Of a stretch of 64,000 nucleotides of DNA, positions 55,057 to 64,000 are shown in pieces. The notes under the pieces were generated by a model. It had not been told where the DNA came from, searched no databases, and worked only from the letters and a program-made list of their open reading frames with translations. The stretch lies in assembly GCA_951406725.2 (NCBI GenBank), contig OX597824.1, positions 2,852,001-2,916,000 of the forward strand, given 5' to 3'. How positions within the stretch are numbered: the stretch's first letter is position 1; every line of letters starts with the position of its first letter. The position numbers were made by a program, and so were the translations under genes. This stretch comes from Octopus vulgaris. Taxonomy: Eukaryota.

Positions 55057-55540
55057 AGTCCTGCGCTCCTTTACGTATTTCTCTGCATTTTTTCCTTCAT
55101 TCATTTTCATTTACAAATCCTTTTATTCCAGAGATAATTTATTAACTGTCAGAACTACGAAGGGGTCTGATGTCAGAACTGTAACGCGGGGTGTTGGCAG
55201 AATCGTTAGCAGCCCCCGGATAAAAATCATTTAGCAGCATATTCTCTGTTGTACGTTCTGAGTTCAAACACCACCGAGGCCGAGTTTTCCTTTAATCCTT
55301 TCAGTGGGGAGGAAAAGTAACTTCTAGTTTAGCACTGGAACTGATGTGATCGACTACACCGCTTCCCCATAATTTCGGGTCTTCTGCCTTATAGTAAAAT
55401 GCATTATTATTATTGCATGCTGGCAAAATCGTGAGCGCACCGAAGAAAATGATTGTCGGCATTTCGTCCGTCTGTTCCTTCTGTGTGTCCACAGAGGTTG
55501 ACTTTGCCTTTTATCTTCTTAGTGTCGAGGAAATAACTTG
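55057..55540 (-). repeat. Inverted copy of the gene 3'-flank block (cf. 3819-4290 and 41747-42230)
   Basis: Reverse complement matches the block; the same pseudo-ORF MDTQKEQTDEMP... appears at 3852(+), 41711(+) and 55492(-). Confidence 0.85.
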
Positions 55541-56172
55541 AGAATATACGAGGGGGTACAGTAAGACCCCGTTGGATACCCTGACTTCTGAGATGTTTTA
55601 CAAGGCTGAGAAAAACTAAAGGACCGCTGCAATGATTGGGTGAATCTGAGAGGATAAAATCATAATTAACTGATTTTCTTTTACCCAACGCCAGGAACTT
55701 TTCAGCATCCTCACATTTATGTGTGTGTTCGTGTGTGTGTGTGTGTGTGTGTGTTTGTCATCCACCACCGCTTGACAACCGATGTGGGTGTTTTTACGTC
55801 CACCTGACTTCGCGGTTCGACCAATAAAAATAGGTTCTAGACGAAAAATAAATTCAAGGTGATGCCCCAGCGTAGTCGCCGTCTCATGAGTGAAACAGAT
55901 AAAAGATAACATCAATCATACACACACTCACACACACATATATATATATATATCACCGTGACCGCCCAGGCTCTCAGATGTTGCTACACATCGCTAGTCA
56001 CAATGCGCTTCGCATTGTTTTAGTCTTCAAATGACGCCACCCCGCTGCCTAATCGAGCAGGCCAACAGAAGTAAGAGTGAGAGAAAGTTGTGACGAAAGG
56101 ATATAGCAGGGATCGCCACCAACCCCTGCCGGAGACCTGTGGAGCTTTTAGGTGTTTACGCTCAATAAACAC

Positions 56173-56258
<86 letters not shown>

Positions 56259-56389
56259 AAACTTAGATAAACTTAGATATGTTTCGACCAAAGATTGGTC
56301 CAGGCCATGTCTAACTTAATAGCATCACCTGATAGGATTATTCGAATCCTGTTTAAGTCAAGTTTTGCTTATGGTCCATTCAGACCCAT

Positions 56390-57410
56390 TATTTAGGCAG
56401 AATGGCATACATATAAGATTCCAATACCTTGTGAGTAAATTCCAAAAGTTTTCAAATACTATTGGATTTTACTCACAAGGACAATTGATATATTGTCCAT
56501 CAAGGCCATATCTACTTCTGTTCTTCTCTCTACCCTCCACTATGTGAACTTATTCTGCTCCCACTTTTTGAAAAGACTATTCCCCACCACCAACACATTT
56601 CCAACAACCTTCTCCTGCCACTCACATTCCGATCAAGAACTCCATATTTTTCCTCCTACATTTTCTACTTTCTCATTTCCCGCTCATGCATTCAAACCAC
56701 CCAACATCACCACAAATCCACTTTTCCCCCTCCCTATCCACGCCTTCTGTCAGTTCCCTCCAGAACCCCTCTACTTCTTCCTCGCTCCTTTCACTCCCTG
56801 GACCATATGCACTAAAAACAACCAAATCTCTCTCCCCCATCTTAACCCACATTAATCTCGAAGACATTTTCCTCTACTCCCCCACACTTTCCTTCACACA
56901 CTCCCTCACGAGCCCTCCTCCTCCTCCGCAACACTTGTCCAGTCACATCCTCCAACTGATGCTCTCCCTCACCTTTCATCTTAGTCTCACTCAGTGCCAG
57001 CACATCCAGCCTTCTCTTCATCATCACGCTCCCTGTCTCCTTCCTCTTTACCTCACTAGTACTAAACCCTCGCACATTCTATGATCCTGGAACTAGGGGG
57101 AGATTTGATGTTAACCTTCTCCCAAACCCTTCTCATTTTCTTGCTGCATTTTTAGGAATATGGATTTACTAGGACGAGAGAGTTCCCAATCCCTTCGCTC
57201 CTGCCCGTTTTAGTCGAGGGCATGCGGCGACTGCATTCCACCGATCCCTCTCCCAGTTGTAGGGCGCTCTGCAAGTTAACTCATAGCTGGGACCCTTACA
57301 GGCGCTACCACTCTGGCACAGAGTAGACCTGGGCACAATGGTGGCTAAGGGTGGTTCCTCACTTCTCAAACCCTGAAACCAGGGCCGTAGAGTCCACTAC
57401 CGGATGTAGT
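56390..57410 (-). mobile_element. RTE-like LINE 5' fragment (APE endonuclease)
   Basis: LDVLALSETKMKGEGE...VVFSAYGP...EEEVEGFWREL...WICGD. Confidence 0.75.
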
Positions 57411-57434
57411 TTAGAGTCATACCCAGGACTGTAT

Positions 57435-57537
<103 letters not shown>

Positions 57538-57874
57538 TATCACATTATGTATACATGTGTGTGTGTGTGTGTGTGTGCATGCATGCGTGTATATGTATAT
57601 GTAAAGATTCTATTGTTGACGTCATTGCCTTTATAAGAATCAGTTGAGATCGACAGAACGTGAAAAGATTCTTGTTTTGGGGCGGACTGCTGTAAATAAT
57701 ATTACGTTAATATTGGCTTAAAACCCCTGGCATAGAAAATGTGGAGGGCTGTCTATTGACAGGCCTTTTTAATATATTTACACGCTACTGTGTATAGCGT
57801 TATCTGATTCGAGTTTCACCGTCCCAAAATATTATAGGCATACATTAAGTATACACACATACACAAACACACAC

Positions 57875-57932
<58 letters not shown>

Positions 57933-58261
57933 ATATATATTTATAAATACATACATAGTCATAAAGCGAGACAGATGAGTGACAACCTGGCCACTGGTGG
58001 TGGTGTAGCACACCATACTAATCATATCTGTTGGGCATGTGGAAGAGAGTGTAATTGGGCAGGATGACTTAAAAGACATGCAAAGGTACATGAAGCCCAG
58101 TTACAACTACAGCCGGCTATTACCGGTAAAGGTTTTAGTTGCCAATTCTGTACAAGACATTTTAGATCTTTAGCTCGGCTAAAAGTCACATTCGATCACA
58201 GCACCAGTAACAGTTAAGATTCGTGCAATGGCCATACTCGATAACGAGGGGGCAGCCATCA

Positions 58262-58301
<40 letters not shown>

Positions 58302-58308
58302 TCTATTC

Positions 58309-58341
<33 letters not shown>

Positions 58342-60174
58342 TGTATGTATGTATGTATGTATGTATGTATGTATGTATGTATGCATGCATGTATGAATGA
58401 ATGTGTATATGCATGTATAGTTAAAATTTACAAATAAGGAAGACAGGCGAGGGAACAACAAGCAGGTGTATTAATTTGACGCTCGGAAAGAGTGGAAAAG
58501 TCTTTGACGTTTCGAGCCTACACCCTTCGACAGAAACGATGGAAGGGATGAAATTGGATAGAGAACGCAAGAACAAAGACAAAAAAAAAACGAAGTGTGA
58601 AAAAATATTTAGGGATTTAGAGATTAACGGTTCCACATGATGAAATGACCGAAAAATAAAAGACTGAGTGAAAGAGAGATAATAGCGGTGGCCCGGCTGA
58701 ATTAGGATGCGCAAGGGTGGGTGTGTGTATGTAAGAATGGTGTGTGTGAGTGTGAATGAGGGCGATCGCGTGTGAATGTATGTGTGGGGAAGCTAAAAAT
58801 TTTTTGAGTCTGTGTGTGCGTGTGGGAGCGTGTATATATGTATGTATGTGTGTTGAGACAGAATTGCTGTGTCATACTTTGTGAGGAGGGGGTGCGCTCA
58901 ACTTTTCAGTGGAGAGTCATAGTTGATAACATCAACATCAATTAAATAAACCTGGCAATTATTTTATCAGAAGAAAGGAAAGTAACCATTCTGGGTTCTG
59001 TGCTCGGAATTCAGCAGGTTATAAAACATAGACCCTAAGACATTTAATGAAGCAAGCTGTGGTTTCTGTATCAATGAATTTCAAACGTGTCCTATAATGA
59101 GACGGATAACTGACAGAATCGATTGAAAGAATGCATGCAGTTGACCCATTCTGCTTCAAACGATTGATTAAGAATTGATATGCAATTTATGTATTTATGT
59201 ACGTATGCATTCGCCGCAAGTCACTAAGGAGCCTCCAGGTAGTCGTTCGGCTTAAGAAAACTGCTGCCCACGTAGATATCAAATGATACCCAGCTGTCTT
59301 AATAATAGAGGTATATACTGCATGAAAGATCCGTACACATTAAGTTGTCCTTATGGCTAAAGAACTGTCAAACTTATTCTTGCAAAGTCACCTAATTAAC
59401 AAAATATGTCTCCTCTCCGTCAACTTCAACAACAAAAACAAGAACGACAATATCAAGAATTTCCCTGATTCGTAGTTATTGTAGATTTATTGCACAAAAA
59501 CTCACACACTGCTTTGTGTACAGAAAAAATCAAGAAAATAGTAGAACTAAAAACAATTCCAGTGGTTTCACTCACCATTGTTCATTTCCTGTAAGCTGAG
59601 CTAGTTCAAAAGAAGTACCAGTGCAGCCGATCTCATAGCTGAATTTTGGCTCAACCCAGCTATACTTTTCAGAATTCCTTTGAGAAACGTTTTGCTGTGA
59701 AACAGTAGATGAAACATATTGTTGTGTCTCAAAAAAGTTGTCCACAAAATGAGATGAGATCGTTGATTTCTAATAAGGTCCCAAAAGTATAAAATTTGGA
59801 GAAGAGTTTAACAGACTATTTCTGTCCTAGTATTAGACTGGTTTGTTTCTTTATTCTATTGACTTCAGAAATTTGAAATTAGAATATAACCAAGGAAAGA
59901 TTTGAAAGAAATGTGTTCAGATCCATAATTAAATACCACGACAATATTACATAGTCTAACAGTGACTGATTGTAATTATTCACTTCTTTTATTTATTATA
60001 TCAAAGTGCTAACGATAGATTCCTGTGATGCAAAAAATCTGTCACCTAGTGGAATTGGGATGCTAAAAGTGTGTGTGTGAGAAAGAAAGAGAGAGAGATT
60101 AATGGAGAGAGAGAAAGAGAGAAAAAGAGAGATAGGTAGATCCATGTGATGGTGTCAGAGTTTAAGTTAATTGG

Positions 60175-60510
60175 GAAGTAATGAAAGGGCACCATTCGAG
60201 TATGATCGTTGCCAGCGACGCCTTACTGGCACTTATGCCTGTGCTAGAAGGGTGCCAAGAACACCATCCGAGCGTGATCGTTGCCAGAGCAGCCAACTGG
60301 CTTCCGTACCCGTGGCACGTACAAGGGCACCATTCGAGTGAGGTCATTGCCAGTACTGCCTGACTGGCATTAGGAAGGGCATCCAGCTGTGGAACTCTAC
60401 CAGATCAAGATTGGAGCCTGGTGCAGCCATCTGGTTCGCCAGCCCTCGGTCATTCGTCCAACCCATGCTAGCATGGAAAGCGGACGTTAAACGTTGATGA
60501 TGATGATGAA
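60175..60510 (+). mobile_element. SINE-like 3' part with internal tandem units and (GAT)n tail
   Basis: Three copies of AAGGG..CACCAT(T/C)CGAG..TGA..(G/A)TTGCCAG, then GGAAGGGCATCCAGC...CCATGCTAGCATGGAAAGCGGACGTTAAAC and (GAT)n. Confidence 0.55.
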
Positions 60511-61464
60511 TGAAAACTGTTAATTAAGAAAGAAGGCAAAATATGAACGGTGATGATAGGCAGGAATGTTTTGCACAAACTAAAATGAGAAAAATAATTT
60601 CGGAGAGCAAAATGCAACTGAAGAGATATTCCGCGAAATACGAAAGGAGGAAGAAGGAAATGTCAGGATATTATTGCCATTAATACCGTGTGGGGAGATG
60701 TTTATGGCCGTCACAGTGTGCCACAGAATAGGAGATGGAATTTCCCCGAGTACGGCTAGCGTTAATTATTTGGTTATCAAATTCTTTAGTCATATTCTGT
60801 AACCTCTTCTCTTACCACCTCTTCACATAACAGACATAAACGTAGAAATCAAAGTGAACAACTTGCCAAGAACAGTTCATTATAGAAGAGCTTAATGTAC
60901 AGGCTGCAATGAACGGTTTACGATGAACAGATCACAGTGAAGCATCTACGGTGAACGGGACACTAAATAACTTACAGTATACAAGTTCCATTGAGAAATT
61001 TACAGTGAACAGATCTTAGTAAAACTATTTCGGAAAACAGATTACTGAATAACTAAGTTCCAATAAAAAGTTGACGGGGAACGGGTCATTGGAATGAAAT
61101 CGAAGAGAAGATGGGGTTAATCAAGGTTGGTTTACTTTGTTCCAGGTTGGCCGGTTATTGTCAATGAGTATGGATAAGTGCGCCGCAGAACAAGGAAGAA
61201 AGATACTCACCTGCCTCATTAGATGCGCAGTAACGAAAACTCACACATTGGAATTTCAGAACAATGTGTGTGCTTGCATGCGTGAGTATGTGTGTGTGGG
61301 AATGAGTGATTGAGTGAATGCATGTGTGAGTTTGTATTGCTAGTGTTAACAGAAATTCCTTCCGTTGTTCTAGAATGTTCTGCCGAACATGTTTGCAGAT
61401 AAGTTTGTTTAGCCCACGCTGTATGTCACGCCGAATTTAGGCACTGTACACGCATTCACATACA

Positions 61465-61502
<38 letters not shown>

Positions 61503-61662
61503 AGCACACATACACTTCCGCACACATGATATGCATGTATGCATATGTATGTACATATACACTCACGCAAGTGTGTCTGTGTGTGGGGGGTATACTAATC
61601 GTTCCCAGGCAGATATTGAAGGAACAGCTGTAGATGCAATATTCAATACACAGCGGTAGTAT

Positions 61663-61694
<32 letters not shown>

Positions 61695-62170
61695 ACACAT
61701 GTATATGTACGTATACCACATGCATGCATACACACAGATACAATTATACACATATACGTACATGCATATACACAAATATGCAAACATCCATCCATCTAAA
61801 CACACATACATACAGACACACATACGTACATACATACATGAATGCTTACATACATCCAGCCATACATACACACAAACATGTATTTGTTGATCAGCATATA
61901 TAACAACCAGAATCAATGCCAAATGCGATGTCTTTGAGTTAACGTGAACGTGCTGAGTATTCCATGAATCAAATTGAAAGACAACCTATTAAAAGACATT
62001 TAAAGAAATTAGAAGACATGCTGTTACTCCTGGATAAACAAATGGAAAGCATCCAAGAAGATTTGCACATTAAGCATTTAGAATTACTGTCGAAGTAAAT
62101 CTCCAGGCGACTTTTAGAACGACAATCTGCACGGACCTGACGTAAATATGTAACTCCATCACGCACACAC

Positions 62171-62257
<87 letters not shown>

Positions 62258-62300
62258 GATCTATATGCATGTATGTATGTATGTATCTGTCTATCTATGC

Positions 62301-62341
<41 letters not shown>

Positions 62342-62679
62342 CACGTACATATATATTACATACATATGCATATGTGTATACACACGCGTGCGCGTATACA
62401 TATTTTACACCGCAAACTTTACATGGAAAAGGAAAAAGTGACGTGGAATTTCGGCTTGCTCACCTTCGAAGTCACTGTCATACTCATAAATCGCTATTAT
62501 GTTTAACATAGTATAATAACAAATACATGTGTGTTTGTATATATTTACATATATATATATATATATTATGTACACGTAAAGTTAATCCAAACATGAAAAC
62601 ACAGAGAGAAAATGCAACGCAAGGACGGGGAACAAATATAGTGTTATTGGACGCTCAGGAAAGGAAAAAAAGAAGGAGG

Positions 62680-62714
62680 ATTTAACGTTTCGAGCGGAGC
62701 TCTTCGTCAGAAAC
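62680..62714 (-). ncRNA. Minimal type-I hammerhead ribozyme motif in a Penelope-type terminal repeat
   Basis: Minus strand reads GTTT-CTGACGA-a-GAGC(tcc)GCTC-GAAA-CG-TT-AAAT. A degenerate sister copy lies near 31913-31947. Confidence 0.55.
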
Positions 62715-63319
62715 ATAGGAAAAGGAAAGATCCAAGGAAGGGAAGACGGGGGAGAACAACTCACCAACGGTACACAGGCGGTCATATATATATATATATG
62801 TACGTATGTATGTATATTATATATATACACACACATGTGTGTATGATTGTGCATAGAAGAATATATTGCTCAAAGAAATTGCAACTTTGATTTTCACGTT
62901 ATATTTACAATCTTATAATAATATAATATAAGGTAATATATAATGTAATGAAATGATAGAATATCAGATGTCCATTCCGATAGAACTTGTACTTTCATGG
63001 CTTAAACTATGCAATCTTCAGGATCATGTAGTTGTGGTAACCGTCATGTTTTGCAATTTGCAACTGCGGTCACATGGCTTAATTGTGCGCCTTAAATACA
63101 TTTGTATAGGATCCAGAATCTTAATTTATGCAAACTGTATTCTGACCAATCAGCGTATGGTTTTACTAAAATACTTCAGTTGATTGGTGTTTGGTTTAGG
63201 CGTCACGGTTTGTTAAACATCTCAATAGACCTGTATTTTGACCGTGGCCAAAGCAGTAATTGTTGGGCTATTTTTAGAAATGTTGTAAACAACATTTCTC
63301 AGGGATTTCTACATTTCAA

Positions 63320-63540
63320 TTATCATCATCATCATCATCATCGTCATCATCATCATCGTCAACATCATCGTCGTCATCATCATCATCGTCGTCATCATCA
63401 TCATCATCATCATCATCATCGTCATCATCATCATCGTCATCATCATCATCGTCATCATCATCATCGTCATCATCATCGTCGTCATCATCATCATCATCTC
63501 CTTTTTTATTGTTGTTGTTGTTGTTATTGGTGGTGGTGGT
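63320..63540. repeat. (CAT/CGT)n triplet repeat followed by (GTT)n(GGT)n
   Basis: Directly visible. Confidence 0.95.
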
Positions 63541-63699
63541 AGGAGTAGCTCTGTTAATAGAGCTTTAAACCCCCAAAATAAAATAAATTTTACTGATTTT
63601 TCTCTTGACCTAGCTCGTATTTTTCTGCTATCATCATAATAAGCCCCTTCAGTATTATTATTGTCAGTTATAGTGGTTGTAGCAGTAGAAATAGTACCT

Positions 63700-64000
63700 C
63701 TAAATATTAGTATTATTGTTTTCTCTGATTCTTTTTTTCAATTTCACTTGGACTTTGTAGTTTGTAGTATGGAAGTATTATAAATATTTTCCGACCGCAT
63801 GTTGCTAGATAGTTACTCAAAAATACCTGACGGACATGTGGGTCTCTAATTTGCTGTAGGTGCACACGTGAACGTTCTGATAGCGTATTTCCAGTCTGAC
63901 CTACATATAGTTCTTCACAATTTGGCCATTTGATGGAGTAAATCAAATTTCGACTTTTGCAGTTCATATTTGCATTTGTGAATCTTTTTAGATTTTTTCA
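63700..64000 (-). mobile_element. Penelope-like GIY-YIG endonuclease fragment
   Basis: MNCKSRNLIYSIKWPNCEELYVGQTGNTLSERSRVHLQQI. Confidence 0.75.

Noticed and set aside
60185-60365. Three spaced ~30-bp direct repeats reminiscent of a CRISPR array
   Set aside because: Eukaryotic context, degenerate repeats inside a SINE-like element, no cas genes.
63102-63542. Poly-His ORF resembling a histidine-rich protein
   Set aside because: (CAT/CGT)n microsatellite; flanking translation is non-descript and there is no splice evidence.

Overview
AT-rich, microsatellite- and transposon-dense animal genomic DNA. The SINE/Penelope/Tc1/(TA)n landscape suggests a coleoid cephalopod such as Octopus (inference, not verified). 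Almost all ORFs in the supplied track are repeat artefacts. The main content is a minus-strand, head-to-tail tandem array of four 4-exon genes (A-D) that I assembled by hand from GT-AG splice sites; exon sizes are 195/108/49/~280-290 nt with phases 0-0-1. They encode PEBP4-like (phosphatidylethanolamine-binding protein family) proteins with an N-terminal signal peptide and a C-terminal GPI-anchor-like hydrophobic tail. B (214 aa) and D (209 aa) are intact, C is a pseudogene with several lesions, and only exon 1 of A lies in the window. The signal peptide, tail and shared introns are highly similar between copies, while the PEBP domain, including its ligand-pocket motifs, is hypervariable almost entirely through amino-acid-changing substitutions. 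This points to a rapidly diversifying cell-surface or secreted ligand-binding family. The introns also hold Penelope-like elements with minimal hammerhead-ribozyme motifs, a Helitron-like inverted cluster, a hairpin MITE, and Tc1, mariner, hAT, CR1, RTE and R4/Dong remnants.
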